Shown: positions 35,341-46,709 of the stretch, one piece after another
Layout of the letters: every line of letters begins with the position of its first letter
How positions within the stretch are numbered: position 1 is the stretch's first letter
Notes under the pieces: model-generated
The model's database searches: none
The model's input: only the letters and a program-made list of their open reading frames with translations
What the model was told of the DNA's origin: nothing
From: a virus
Strand: one strand, 5' to 3'
DNA length: 64,000 nt
Virus record (IMG/VR): IMGVR_UViG_3300025671_000038
Translations under genes and position numbers: made by a program

Positions 35341-38300
35341 TTAAATTTTTTCAATCTGGAAGGTAAACGTTGTTGAATAATTGCTCCCTGCTTCCAACGG
35401 GAGCTCGAAAGTATACGAGAGGGAATTCCTCCTGGTTAATTTATAATTCTCATTTCTGTAATATCTATATCTAACCCTATCCGGATTTATCAGATCACCT
35501 CTGAGTAATATTTCGGTTGGAGATAGATCCGTACCTGTCTTTTTAACGTAAAGATCGAAAGATATCCCCTGGTAGATCGGAGACACATTATTATCTATAT
35601 AGGCCTTAATGTCATCCTCAATACTACTAGGATCACCAACTCCATACTCGGAAATCATATTATCGACAAACACCTTGTCTATTCCAGAATTAAGAAGATA
35701 TCTTCTAAGTATTCTATCTAACCTAATAGATCCTACAAGCTTATTGTTAAGCACGTCTTTCTGCCAGAAAACCTCGACGTCCGGGTATATTCCCTCATCG
35801 ACCGATTGAAGATCAACGCTACTAAAGGCTGTTCCAAGCTGTCCTATTCCCGTATTGGAATTGGCAGGACCTATATTTTGTATCTCGGTTAATGCAGCCT
35901 TAGCGTTGTCATTTATCAACTGTATATCCGTTGTCCCGGTCGTTCTAGATATTTCTAAAGAAATAAATGTGTATGCAGTTACTAAATAAGGGGTCTGCAT
36001 CATCTTTGAACCCAGAAAGGATTTACTTTCCCTCATAGACCTCGTACCCGCAACCGGGGTTTGTGTTGTCGAACTAGAGTATAAATTGTAATATCCAGGA
36101 TCCCACGAGGACAAAAACACCGAAAAATCCTTTCTCGCTATCGGGGTTTGACCTATTAGAGGATAAACAGGACCACTCGGGAAACTATCAGACTGGCTCA
36201 ATATATTGCTTCCCCTATCTACCTTGCTATAATTAAGGTTTTTGAGTTTTCCAAAGTCATTTTTTTCGGGTGCAAATGTGCAATTCCGGTAAGATAGATC
36301 AACAGAGGTATATCCAGAGACAGTGTCATTTTTATCGTTTTTATACCTAATAATTTTCTCGAATAAGGGCTCATAAGATCCAGCATACCTAAGTATATCA
36401 GCACCATATGATGCTCCACCATTGTTTATTGTATACCCAGTAGGTTGATTTTGACCTAGAGTTTGGGGACCAGAATAAGATTTTACTGGTACAAGACCGG
36501 TACCTCTAGAAATCGCAGTTGGCTTCTCAAACTTCAAAAGAAAATCACTACTCCTAGTCTTGGTAGTCCCAGATCTCTCATCCCAGTAGTAGGTCGTATA
36601 TGAAATATATGGGCTCTCTGAATTCACTCTCTCGGATATCTGAGAAAGAGAAATTCTTTTCATGATATATTCCATGTTTTTGAAACCCCCTCCCAATTGA
36701 AAAACAGGATTTCCCCTATATGTGCTTTGTGGTCCAATCGGAACAGTAACCGGAGAGGAAAAAGCAAAAGGTATATCGAAGGTATAATTTGTACCAACCG
36801 GGCCAAAGGAAACCAGATTCTTAGACCTCCCTACAGGCCAGGGATATTTACTCGATATAGCAGGAACATCGAAACTACCGTTACCGGTTAGACCCACAGA
36901 TCCAGTCCCTCCTACCGGATAAACCAGATTTATCTCTTCTCTTAAATCTGTGTCATAATCCTGATTAGGTATAATATAGATAAATCCAGGATTAGTGTTC
37001 GGGGTTACAGAACTTGGAGAAACAACGGACAAATCCAGTGCAGAGCTTAGTTTTATATCACTCATATCATACAACCTCCGAGGTGTCGGAGTAGCGCCTG
37101 TAGATCCAGTTGTTCCAACCTGCAAATCTTTCTTCTTGTCTACAAGGCTGTATAACAATGTATAGTCAACAAATGCACCAGTAGGCCCGACATCACCAAG
37201 TGGCAATGCCCGGTAATCATTTATTACTATGCTACAAACAAAAAGAATTGACTTCTGTTGAGTATTCTCTATAAACTCGTAGGATACCGGTGCTTGTATA
37301 GTGTCCGGAGTTTCATCGACCACCCTTAAAATGGCAGAAAATTTATAGTCCTCAAATCCTCTATAGTTAGCTATAAATTTCTCGGCGTCCGTAGATGGAT
37401 CATCGATATTACTCTTCCTCCTCAGTGACATTTTAACGCCCCTAAATAGAGTTTCGTAATAACCAGTGGATGAGTTATATCTGAAAGGTGTAAAAAGCTC
37501 CTTTGTGAAATTAGACCCAGAATTGTAAGGGTAAGGGTAATCAAGAGTATCTACAGTAAAGAACGAAGAGAAGTAAAGAGAATCCCCAGGATCAGCGCTT
37601 TTTGCTTTATCGAGATCAATTTCCCCGGGCAAATAGTTCCTCTGATTATTTATCTTATCCACCGGATAACCAGGAGGAATTCCCTCCAAGAGCATCCATT
37701 CATGTGTAAGATACTTCGGATCCGGAATCTCCCTCTCAAAACTCGGAGAAAAATTAGTGGGGCTAAATGCAGGGGAAGCGTTCAGCCTGTAGGAATTACC
37801 TCTAGCGTCGGTCCCACCAAAATACCCCCATTTATTAATATAGGGAACTATCTTAGATCTATTAGCCCTACGTTGTGTATAATTTTCTCTAAGGTAAGAA
37901 TATTCACTATCTAGTTTCCCGTAATTAAATAAGGCTCCCTTGTCCTCCACTGGTGGAACCTGCTCTTCAGAATCGATGGATTGTATTCCATAAAATCCAT
38001 CAAATGAATCTAGGTTTTCCTCAGCTTTAATTGAATTAACATCATAGATAACACTAGGATTTTCCCAGTATATCTGTGTGAAAATAGCAGGGACTACAAT
38101 TGACGGAGTTCCATTAACAGCAACACCCTCGTCATAGAAAATACTAACAGATGATCCCACAAAGGCAGCTCCCGGCCCGAGAACCCTCTCAGAAGGCAAA
38201 CCTATGTCAACTCTAATAGAACCTCGTCTAACCAGATATTTGACATTCTCTTTTATCTGTCCAGAACGGTCGGGAATGAGCTGGAAATATCTATGATATT

Positions 38301-40875
38301 CTGGGGTTGGTGTTTCTCCATAAGACGAGCTCCATAGATCAAAATCAAAATTCTTAAGATCAAAAAAGGTAAATACTCCCACATGTGATTTCGCGACATC
38401 AAAAACTCTAAATCTTGAATCACTACCCAGATCGATCTTTATTTTCTGATCTTTTAGATTAGCAACAAGTAAATCTTGAAATCCACCAAATCCAGTTACG
38501 GTTCCGGACCTTGTAATGGGGTCGTCAACATATCTAGAAATGGACTCTATCATACCTATCCCTCCAGTAACCCCGGTGGTCTCGTCTACCTCGATCCAAT
38601 AGTCTTTTTTAACCTTATCCACATCATCTATGGAAAATGCTACCCTACACAATGGGTAATCGGTTCCCCCAGAGAAATAAACTACCCCGTTAGTCTCAGA
38701 TGCATCCACTCCCCCTATTTTAACATATCCCACACTGCTGAAAGTTGAGTACTCGGACCAATCAGCTGGATCCGAGCCCGGAGGTTCATTAGGAGATGAT
38801 GGCAAGGCGGAAGGAATACCAACCGTACTAGTAACCTCGTAATATTTGCCAAGATAGAAAACCACATCGCCGAAAGAAAAAGCGGAGGTTCCGTTCCAAA
38901 CGCCTACATAAGAATTATTAAAAGTATCATAGTCGTCATATGCGACTATCGAGAAGTTCTTGTTTAAGGAATACCCCGAGGATTTGGAGACAATAACAAC
39001 CGAATTATCCGAGGTAGCACAGTCCCATAGGGAATCGTCAATTGAGTTTATACACTGGGAGAAAGACTCAGCAAAGTCCGATTTCTTCCCATCTTTCCAG
39101 TTGAAATAATGGTAATTACCGGAATTGTAGGATTTACCCTTACTCCAGCCTAAAACGCTACCTGAAAAATCACCGCTGCGAACTAGGTCATATTTCCCTG
39201 CTGCCTCGGAATAAGTTCCATTAGGCCAGAAGATCTTAAATACTATCTCTGAGGGGAAATCAGATTTTTTGAGAAACTCAACGTAAGAATTTGCCTTACC
39301 CTTACTATTGGGCAGTATCCCAGCGTAATTGCCTATAAGATCATCAGCTCCAGTAAAATTAGCAAGATTAACTGACTTGTTGAATAAAACGAGACTACCA
39401 GTATTTGCCCCAGTATTCCCGGTTACCCCAAAAGAATCATTATAGTAAGGACCATATTTAGCATACTCTGGGGTATTATTACTCCAAGTTTTGCTAGTGC
39501 TAATGTAATTTTCTACCCTTTTGAGCGAATAAAAATTATCGTTCTTATCGGTAATGTAGTATAGCTTCTGCGGATCGTTTACGTTGGTGTCATAAGATCC
39601 AGGAATCCATCCGCTTGCCCCTTGATAATATAGTCTAACCCCACCGGTGCTACTCTGGAATTGGGGCTTATTGTTGTAGTAATAGCCAATATTATTCCTA
39701 GATGGCTTAGGTAAATTTAGGTTATTTCCGGAGTTTCTAAATTTATAGAAATAATCACCGTTTAATTTAAATTCCCCGAGATCGTTTCTAGAAACATAAA
39801 ATCCAAAATACCTATTTATGGTATACAGATCAGAATCATCGTCATTGAACAGGAATTCCAAATTCAACAGAGAGGGAGTTATGATTCCATTTCTAGAGAA
39901 ACCGGAAGTTACATAATCCTCAAAATCAGACTGCACAGAGGAATCAGGGGAGGCTAAATAATCATAGTAAAACTCTCCAGCCTTGCTATATACGCCATCT
40001 TTAATGGATACACCGTTGTAATATGTGTAAGTATTAGACTCCAATGAGAAATCTATAGGATTGTATTCAAACCTGGGGTTATTAACAATATCCCTTATAT
40101 AGCTACCTACGAGAGTGTCCTCTCTAAGATCAAATGTAGCTACCACGGAGGCATTAGGTAGAATTTTAGAGTTGAAGAACTGCTCAACATTGTCAACCTC
40201 TGGTTGGTATTTAAGCTCCGACATCTCAACAACTTTACCACTTCCAGATAAGACCTGATAACTGCTATAATTCTCGACGCCGTTGAATAAATCCCCGCTA
40301 CTATAAATGATCGGGGTAGCAAAATTATCCAAGCCATATGAGATTGTAAAATCCTCAGATGAGTCCGGGTCCTGTACAACCTTATACTCCGTATTATTTT
40401 TTATAACCGTCTGGTTGGTACTATATGGATATGAGAGTGGTTCGGGAACTTTAAAAACCACAAAGAACTCAGGTAACTCCTGTCTTAGCCATAGAGGCTG
40501 AAAGTATCTGAAATTCTCCGTATAGTTCCTGTCTATCAACGTAGAAGCACCAGCTCCATAGAAGAAATCATATTGCAGCTCGAAGTCATCAACTGCTTTA
40601 TTTTCACCATCAGTGAATTTTCCAACTTCGAATATTATATCATTAGGAACCGTGCCCTCCTCAAAAAAATTGTATATGTCCTTGGCATATGTGAGATTAC
40701 CAGTCACCTGATATTTCTTAAACCTCTGGGAGCTAAGTGTGGGATTAGCATTAAAAGAGTTCAACCATAATCCCCCAGAGGAATCCAGGGTTATCTTAAG
40801 ATTCCCTGTCAGTAGTGGATTAGTTCTCAGAACCCCAAAGGATGAATTATAGTCAAAGAGTTTTGGTGAAGCCAT
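35341..40875 (-). CDS. Large virion structural protein (baseplate/tail-associated)
   Basis: 1844-aa ORF in the structural block, beta-rich, with a small carbohydrate-binding-like insert (WNGTSAFSFGDVVFYLGKYYE...W). Confidence 0.6.
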   Translation of the reverse strand: MASPKLFDYNSSFGVLRTNPLLTGNLKITLDSSGGLWLNSFNANPTLSSQRFKKYQVTGNLTYAKDIYNFFEEGTVPNDIIFEVGKFTDGENKAVDDFELQYDFFYGAGASTLIDRNYTENFRYFQPLWLRQELPEFFVVFKVPEPLSYPYSTNQTVIKNNTEYKVVQDPDSSEDFTISYGLDNFATPIIYSSGDLFNGVENYSSYQVLSGSGKVVEMSELKYQPEVDNVEQFFNSKILPNASVVATFDLREDTLVGSYIRDIVNNPRFEYNPIDFSLESNTYTYYNGVSIKDGVYSKAGEFYYDYLASPDSSVQSDFEDYVTSGFSRNGIITPSLLNLEFLFNDDDSDLYTINRYFGFYVSRNDLGEFKLNGDYFYKFRNSGNNLNLPKPSRNNIGYYYNNKPQFQSSTGGVRLYYQGASGWIPGSYDTNVNDPQKLYYITDKNDNFYSLKRVENYISTSKTWSNNTPEYAKYGPYYNDSFGVTGNTGANTGSLVLFNKSVNLANFTGADDLIGNYAGILPNSKGKANSYVEFLKKSDFPSEIVFKIFWPNGTYSEAAGKYDLVRSGDFSGSVLGWSKGKSYNSGNYHYFNWKDGKKSDFAESFSQCINSIDDSLWDCATSDNSVVIVSKSSGYSLNKNFSIVAYDDYDTFNNSYVGVWNGTSAFSFGDVVFYLGKYYEVTSTVGIPSALPSSPNEPPGSDPADWSEYSTFSSVGYVKIGGVDASETNGVVYFSGGTDYPLCRVAFSIDDVDKVKKDYWIEVDETTGVTGGIGMIESISRYVDDPITRSGTVTGFGGFQDLLVANLKDQKIKIDLGSDSRFRVFDVAKSHVGVFTFFDLKNFDFDLWSSSYGETPTPEYHRYFQLIPDRSGQIKENVKYLVRRGSIRVDIGLPSERVLGPGAAFVGSSVSIFYDEGVAVNGTPSIVVPAIFTQIYWENPSVIYDVNSIKAEENLDSFDGFYGIQSIDSEEQVPPVEDKGALFNYGKLDSEYSYLRENYTQRRANRSKIVPYINKWGYFGGTDARGNSYRLNASPAFSPTNFSPSFEREIPDPKYLTHEWMLLEGIPPGYPVDKINNQRNYLPGEIDLDKAKSADPGDSLYFSSFFTVDTLDYPYPYNSGSNFTKELFTPFRYNSSTGYYETLFRGVKMSLRRKSNIDDPSTDAEKFIANYRGFEDYKFSAILRVVDETPDTIQAPVSYEFIENTQQKSILFVCSIVINDYRALPLGDVGPTGAFVDYTLLYSLVDKKKDLQVGTTGSTGATPTPRRLYDMSDIKLSSALDLSVVSPSSVTPNTNPGFIYIIPNQDYDTDLREEINLVYPVGGTGSVGLTGNGSFDVPAISSKYPWPVGRSKNLVSFGPVGTNYTFDIPFAFSSPVTVPIGPQSTYRGNPVFQLGGGFKNMEYIMKRISLSQISERVNSESPYISYTTYYWDERSGTTKTRSSDFLLKFEKPTAISRGTGLVPVKSYSGPQTLGQNQPTGYTINNGGASYGADILRYAGSYEPLFEKIIRYKNDKNDTVSGYTSVDLSYRNCTFAPEKNDFGKLKNLNYSKVDRGSNILSQSDSFPSGPVYPLIGQTPIARKDFSVFLSSWDPGYYNLYSSSTTQTPVAGTRSMRESKSFLGSKMMQTPYLVTAYTFISLEISRTTGTTDIQLINDNAKAALTEIQNIGPANSNTGIGQLGTAFSSVDLQSVDEGIYPDVEVFWQKDVLNNKLVGSIRLDRILRRYLLNSGIDKVFVDNMISEYGVGDPSSIEDDIKAYIDNNVSPIYQGISFDLYVKKTGTDLSPTEILLRGDLINPDRVRYRYYRNENYKLTRRNSLSYTFELPLEAGSNYSTTFTFQIEKI

Positions 40876-40895
40876 ATTTTTCTCTTTATCCTATC

Positions 40896-43800
40896 TTATC
40901 CAACGATCCTTGACGAGGTAAAGTTAGGAGAAGACAGGGTATCATTTTTATATTTTCCAGTAACCTCAACATCAAATGAGAATGGACTTTGGTTTTTAAC
41001 CTGTATATCTATCCCTACTTTTTTGGTGTATGTAATATTAGTCGGGTTACCATCTGATCTAAATCCTCCTATATTACCGAGAGCATCAGTAGCTCTAAAT
41101 TGGAATATGAGAGGGACACTTATACCATTTGAGCTACCCTGAATATTCTTAGTAGCCAATTGGGTAGATCCCTCCACCTGTATAAGAGAAGCAGTAGGAG
41201 GACCAACGAAAAGGTAAGCTCCGCAAGTGTACCTTCCTATAAGATAAGCGTCATCCTCGGTGAAACCTAATTTTTGGGGGTACATTCCATCATTACGATC
41301 CCCAGCAGTACTTGTAGCTCCGGTAGCAAATTCTTCCGTAACCTGCTGATAGCCCAATTGTTTATAGTTATCAGTCAATGTTGTATCTACATAGAAATAA
41401 TCAGATTGCCTGAAGTATGGGTAAACCACAACGTTATTGCTGAAGTTTGGTTTCATCAAATCAGTGAATCCAACACCAGCACCAGTGTTTAAAATTGGGT
41501 GGTTTATGTGGATGCAGAACTCAGAAAGCGTCCCGTTTCCGTCGGGTGTCTTAGATCCAGTAGCTCCTGAGTATGTGCCGTCCCAAACATTGGAATCTGT
41601 ACCAGAAGCAGTAGGAACTGTAGCATCCGTAGGATCAAAGGGTAACAGTTGACTACCGTTTCTTGGTAGATTGTTAGAATCCCCAGTGTAATCATAGGAG
41701 GGTACATAAGCAGCAGGCTGTACGTAAAGATCATTATCCAGTCCTACACTCCTCCATCTTGGGTATAGGTATTGGCTACTCGAATTACCCGAAGCATATG
41801 GAGGAGCTTGCCTGAACAGCTGGAAGGAAGTCGTTGTAGCAGACGAAGATCCAGGTACAACTATGTTGGACGGATTGAGGGAGGTTATCGAAATTGGGAC
41901 CTCACCATATCTTAAATTAGTGGCATATCCAGAGGGTAAAGGATACGTACTGTCGTTACCTGCTAAAATATCTAATCCCCCAGGCAAAATAGAGGAAAGC
42001 TCGAGTACACCAGAGGAAGAATTAGTTATCCTTATCTCGTATATAGAAGAAGCTATTTTACCAGCATCAGCCGTAGTTGGATTATCATAAATCTGGTTAT
42101 AAAATCCTCCGCTTATCTTTACTGTTGCTCCGTTGCTTACTTCCTGTGAGTTTCCTGAAGAATCCACAATAGAGACTTCCAACGTTCCTGCTGCGCTAGT
42201 AAGCCTAGCACTCAATGAGTTAATTTGATCCTGTAGCTCGGTTATTTTTCTAAGGAGATCCACCGGACTACCGTTGCTATCATAAAATCCACTAGCAATG
42301 GAATCCGAGCCTAGATAATAAACCTTGTCACCCGTGCTAAACTGCTGTGAAAGAAGCCCGTCAATACCCTTGGATGAAAGATCCTGCTGGATTTCAAGAA
42401 CTGCGGCATCCTTTAGGTTATTATTAACATTAGCTGCAGTGCTTTGTGTGCTGGCATCCTCCGGGAATGTTACAACCACAGATTCACTAAATCGGACATC
42501 CGCAGGATTATCTGGCCATCCTGCCTCAGAGATGGACCTTATCCTTATTTCAACCCTTTCTCCCTTGGTTATCGGGATATCGAGTTGGTTTATATTTATA
42601 GCATCAGCATTATCTGGCTGCTCTTCGGCCCACACATAAGTTCCTGTATTTATGTCATATACCTTTTGTCTAATCTCGCTTTTTATCTCATTCCAATTGG
42701 AAAAGGCCCCAGTTTTTTCTTGTCCGTTCTCATCCACATAATTTATCTGATCGACCGCAGGGGAAGCACCGGAATCGCTCAGGTACCTGTATTGTATTAG
42801 AAATTGAATAACATTCTGAGGGCCGGTTAATGGGCTTTCTTTTGCTGGCGGCATTGCCCAGAAACCCCTAACCCTGTACTTAGGAACTACAGATATTTGG
42901 GGTGTACTTTCATTTAGAGTGGTTATATCAGAAACAACAGATGCCAAAAGTTGTTGTTTCTGCACTCTTTGCTCGGTAAGAGAGATCAAGCTGGCCTGCT
43001 GTGACTGGTTCGATGAAGAAGGGCTACTAGATCTGGAAGCCTGAACAGGCGCCAGCGAATTGGTTGACCCAAGAACAGCCGAACTGGAAGCACTGTTAAT
43101 CGAAGACCTTACTCTGGATATCGAGTTGTCCAGCTGAGAAAGCTCGCTCTGTAGGGTAGACTTCAAAGCAACCTTCTCGTTTAAGGTCTGAACATCAGTT
43201 CCTTGGGTTAACTGTTTGTTTATTTGTACTACCTTAAAGTTACTGGCAGCTAAAACCGGAGCATTGGGAAGCTCAGCATTAATAGCGGCAATCTTTTTCT
43301 CCTTGGCCATTCCTAGGAATATCTGACCTATATCAGCAACATTGCTGAGATAAAACTGCTCGAGCGTTCTAACCCCGCCATCGGTGTTTATGTTTAGCTC
43401 GTTACTGAAGAAAGTTATGCCATTAGACCATGTAGAGCCAACCACATTATAGTTATCGTCTATTTTTTTAAAGAATATCCCCTGTCTTTCATCAAACCCG
43501 ACATTCACCTGTATAGTCCTTTCACTGAATTGGGTTGAAAGCAAGGTTAAAGTATTACTCCCGATCTGTACCGCTTGGTAACCAGATGTTCTCTTCATCT
43601 GAACCGATGTCTCCTCTATATTTACACTGGTTATACTGTACCTTGTTCCGTCATCGGTTAATAGGGTATCTCCAACTTTTAGTGTTTTGCCGTCGGTTAC
43701 GTTAGTGGTAGTATCTGTATAATTTACAGAGGTAAGTTTGTAATTCCTTCTGGTTTCCTCAGTTGAATTTCCATTAGCATCGGTAATGGTTACGACATCA

Positions 43801-44462
43801 TCGTAGAAAGATACTACCCCGAAATTTCCCTTGTTTCTGATTGTCCTGAGTGGAAGATCTATATTCTCTTCATCAACAAAATAAAGTATTCCCGCATCAT
43901 CCAGAGCGTCTATAAATTCTTCCTCACTTAAATCGTTTCTGCCACTTAGGGTCTGATCAAAATAATTCTTTTTCTCCTCCGTATCGGTATTTGCTATTAT
44001 TCTTTTTACCCTTACCCTATCGGCGTCATCCTCCATTTGTCCAGTGACATCTATAGTCACATAGAGAAGGGGGGTTAAAAAACTTTCAAAGAACCAGTTA
44101 TCTCTAGTATCGAAAGTACTAGGAACCTGTAGATTCACCAAAGGTGCCGGGTCTTTTACAGGCTGTGATTTGTAAACTTGAGAATAGGTTCCATCTGGAT
44201 TCCGGACAGTAGCAAAATTATCACCTAAACCTGCCAGCGATTGTATATTAGAATCGAGTCTTTGTATTTGGGATCTAAGATATCCGTAACCAGGCAAATT
44301 AGCAAAAGAAGGTAATCCGTCCTCGTCCAGGACTTCTATCTGAACGCTATCACTGGTAGAGGTAGCTACCTCATTCAGTCCATTTATTATTTCTATGGAA
44401 TTCTTCTGAAGTCTTAAAAACTGAGCTACTAAAGAGCTGATTGAATTTTGTGTAGATGCCAT
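40896..44462 (-). CDS. Large virion structural protein
   Basis: 1188 aa with coiled-coil segments and beta-rich domains, inside the structural block. Confidence 0.55.
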   Translation of the reverse strand: MASTQNSISSLVAQFLRLQKNSIEIINGLNEVATSTSDSVQIEVLDEDGLPSFANLPGYGYLRSQIQRLDSNIQSLAGLGDNFATVRNPDGTYSQVYKSQPVKDPAPLVNLQVPSTFDTRDNWFFESFLTPLLYVTIDVTGQMEDDADRVRVKRIIANTDTEEKKNYFDQTLSGRNDLSEEEFIDALDDAGILYFVDEENIDLPLRTIRNKGNFGVVSFYDDVVTITDANGNSTEETRRNYKLTSVNYTDTTTNVTDGKTLKVGDTLLTDDGTRYSITSVNIEETSVQMKRTSGYQAVQIGSNTLTLLSTQFSERTIQVNVGFDERQGIFFKKIDDNYNVVGSTWSNGITFFSNELNINTDGGVRTLEQFYLSNVADIGQIFLGMAKEKKIAAINAELPNAPVLAASNFKVVQINKQLTQGTDVQTLNEKVALKSTLQSELSQLDNSISRVRSSINSASSSAVLGSTNSLAPVQASRSSSPSSSNQSQQASLISLTEQRVQKQQLLASVVSDITTLNESTPQISVVPKYRVRGFWAMPPAKESPLTGPQNVIQFLIQYRYLSDSGASPAVDQINYVDENGQEKTGAFSNWNEIKSEIRQKVYDINTGTYVWAEEQPDNADAININQLDIPITKGERVEIRIRSISEAGWPDNPADVRFSESVVVTFPEDASTQSTAANVNNNLKDAAVLEIQQDLSSKGIDGLLSQQFSTGDKVYYLGSDSIASGFYDSNGSPVDLLRKITELQDQINSLSARLTSAAGTLEVSIVDSSGNSQEVSNGATVKISGGFYNQIYDNPTTADAGKIASSIYEIRITNSSSGVLELSSILPGGLDILAGNDSTYPLPSGYATNLRYGEVPISITSLNPSNIVVPGSSSATTTSFQLFRQAPPYASGNSSSQYLYPRWRSVGLDNDLYVQPAAYVPSYDYTGDSNNLPRNGSQLLPFDPTDATVPTASGTDSNVWDGTYSGATGSKTPDGNGTLSEFCIHINHPILNTGAGVGFTDLMKPNFSNNVVVYPYFRQSDYFYVDTTLTDNYKQLGYQQVTEEFATGATSTAGDRNDGMYPQKLGFTEDDAYLIGRYTCGAYLFVGPPTASLIQVEGSTQLATKNIQGSSNGISVPLIFQFRATDALGNIGGFRSDGNPTNITYTKKVGIDIQVKNQSPFSFDVEVTGKYKNDTLSSPNFTSSRIVG

Positions 44463-44478
44463 TTTTTACTTTAAAGTT

Positions 44479-46689
44479 TTACCCGTTATTAGTTAAGCTT
44501 TTTCCAACTATATCAGCCTGGAATATCAGATTATCCGAATCAACACACACAATATCTATTACTGGCATGTAATCATAGGAGCTAATATCAGAATCCACCA
44601 GAGAAACTATCAAAGTAGAGTAAGAAACTCCGCTTGGATTAGATAGAGGATATCTGCCAGCAGCATCCGTAAGGAAAGTTATATTGAAGTCACCTGGTAT
44701 AACCTGGTCGCCAAAGCTAAATCTCATAGTCTGTCCCTCCTTCCATCTGGGAGAAAGGTCACTTATTCTGATCACTAAATCAGAAGAGAGAGTAATAGGT
44801 ACGCCATTATTGACGTGCTTTATATAGTTGGTGTAGTTGACAAGGTTAACGTCGTTAGGAGATGAGTTTTGAAGTGTCACGGTTCCTAGATTCGAGCCGA
44901 TATTAAAATCCTGATTGTCGTTAGATATAGTAACCTGATTCGGAGTACTTCTATCCACTATCACTCCAGCACCCTGTTTTATTCCATCTAAGCTATATGA
45001 GATCTCGACAGAGGTCTCGTTGTTAACCACCGCTCTTATTAGTTCATAGTTTTGATTTATCAAAGACATAACAGCCTGTGTATTGTTAAACAAGGCTTGG
45101 TTTGAAGCATAAGAGTTTTCCAGCGAAGCTATTCTTCTATCAAGATTAGCAGTAGTGTCTGTGGAGAGAGTAAGATTTTCTAAGTTAGACACCCGATTTT
45201 CTAGCTGAGTATATGTAGAAGCATTATTATTCAACGTGGAAGATGCATCCTGAAGGACATTCATAGCGTCCATGAACATGGTCAGCGAGAAAGGAGAATA
45301 ATCATTGATTGCTTGCTCCACCCCGGTTTGGTCAATATCTACATCAAATTTTATATTTAACTTTAGTCCATAAGAGTTACCATTTAGCTTGGATACTACA
45401 TTTGGCTTAAATTTCTTAAATACCGGGATACTGTAAATATCAGATCCCTCTGACTGCACGTCATCCAGGAACAAAACTCCATATAGATTGGTCGCAGAAT
45501 CAGTCGGAACAGCAGGATCATAAACGTCATAATAGACCAGAACACAATTAAAATCAAAATCCTGAGATATCGATGTAGAATTGAATTCCTCTAGAGTGCT
45601 TATCGAAGCATCATCGACTATCTGTTTGTAAGAGTCAGGATCAAAATCTATACCGACTGAATCCAATCTTGTTCTAACATATTTCTGGAATCCTGCTCCC
45701 CCGGTAGCTCCGGAATAAGACTTAGATAAAATCTGGGATGTCGGATCAGTAAAAGAGGAATCACTAAAATAGGTGTTAGCGGTATCCCTGGGGCTATACC
45801 AGTTTCCGTCTCCAGTAGCTCCATCTGTCGTGTCCTCGTAAGTAACGCTAGGTACTCCTAGAACATCATCATCAAAGATTGCCAGATTGGTAAGTCCACT
45901 TGGATTTAGTTCATCGTAAGCCCTTCCAGTCAAATATTCAGTGTCCAGTGGATCTGTTGGGCTGTTGGTCCATTGGTAGTCAGGATAATAGTTAGCATCG
46001 ACTACGTTCTTAAATAATACAGTTGGAGTATTACCATCCTTAGTGGGAACGTGGACGTAAACTTCTGAATACGTATTATTGTTATTCTTTACGGAGTTAA
46101 CTATATCCAAATTTCCGATATATTGAACTACCCTATTGTAAGTAGACCCAGTCAATCCATAAGATCCAGTTCCACCGGAGGGATCTCCCTCGACATACCT
46201 TTTCTGCGTTACTGGAAGAGAATCGACTATGGTAACGGTATTTTGATCAAGGGCTGAAACTACTTGGTCGCTTGAAGCTGGCTGGAATCTTATAGCACCA
46301 AGCTCCTTAAGCCATTTGAAAAATATTCTCTCTGAAACATTTTGCTTTAGGTCCGAATTGTACACATCTGAACTAAGTATAGTAGTCTCGAGATTTAGAC
46401 AGTAGCTCTGGAAACTTTGCGAAAAGTCAGTATTTGCGTTACCAGTTATGATTTTTCCCGCACTTGTAGCCTTATCTATGAAAGCGCCATCGGGAGCGTT
46501 CAGCTTAATCGAATTACCAAGGGGATCTCCAGAATTTATCTGAGGTATATTTAGCAAAGCAAATTTGGAGAACTTAAATTTGTTTACCGAGTTGTTAAAC
46601 GTAAAGGATAAATCCTCTGCAGCAGAAGAGAAGGCGTAAAACGTTCCGCCCTGTACCTGTAGAGGCCTTATAAAAGGTGTTTTTGCCAT
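44479..46689 (-). CDS. Virion structural protein
   Basis: 736 aa; MAKTPFIRPLQVQGGTFYAFSSAAEDL N-terminus and a central coiled coil. Confidence 0.55.
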   Translation of the reverse strand: MAKTPFIRPLQVQGGTFYAFSSAAEDLSFTFNNSVNKFKFSKFALLNIPQINSGDPLGNSIKLNAPDGAFIDKATSAGKIITGNANTDFSQSFQSYCLNLETTILSSDVYNSDLKQNVSERIFFKWLKELGAIRFQPASSDQVVSALDQNTVTIVDSLPVTQKRYVEGDPSGGTGSYGLTGSTYNRVVQYIGNLDIVNSVKNNNNTYSEVYVHVPTKDGNTPTVLFKNVVDANYYPDYQWTNSPTDPLDTEYLTGRAYDELNPSGLTNLAIFDDDVLGVPSVTYEDTTDGATGDGNWYSPRDTANTYFSDSSFTDPTSQILSKSYSGATGGAGFQKYVRTRLDSVGIDFDPDSYKQIVDDASISTLEEFNSTSISQDFDFNCVLVYYDVYDPAVPTDSATNLYGVLFLDDVQSEGSDIYSIPVFKKFKPNVVSKLNGNSYGLKLNIKFDVDIDQTGVEQAINDYSPFSLTMFMDAMNVLQDASSTLNNNASTYTQLENRVSNLENLTLSTDTTANLDRRIASLENSYASNQALFNNTQAVMSLINQNYELIRAVVNNETSVEISYSLDGIKQGAGVIVDRSTPNQVTISNDNQDFNIGSNLGTVTLQNSSPNDVNLVNYTNYIKHVNNGVPITLSSDLVIRISDLSPRWKEGQTMRFSFGDQVIPGDFNITFLTDAAGRYPLSNPSGVSYSTLIVSLVDSDISSYDYMPVIDIVCVDSDNLIFQADIVGKSLTNNG

Positions 46690-46709
46690 CTATCTTTGCT
46701 TTTTTGTCA

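Noticed and set aside
46691-46699. TATCTTTG matches to the Bacteroidota -7 promoter box (also at 35308)
   Set aside because: Both are on the plus strand facing into minus-strand genes, with no -33 box or downstream ORF; probably chance.
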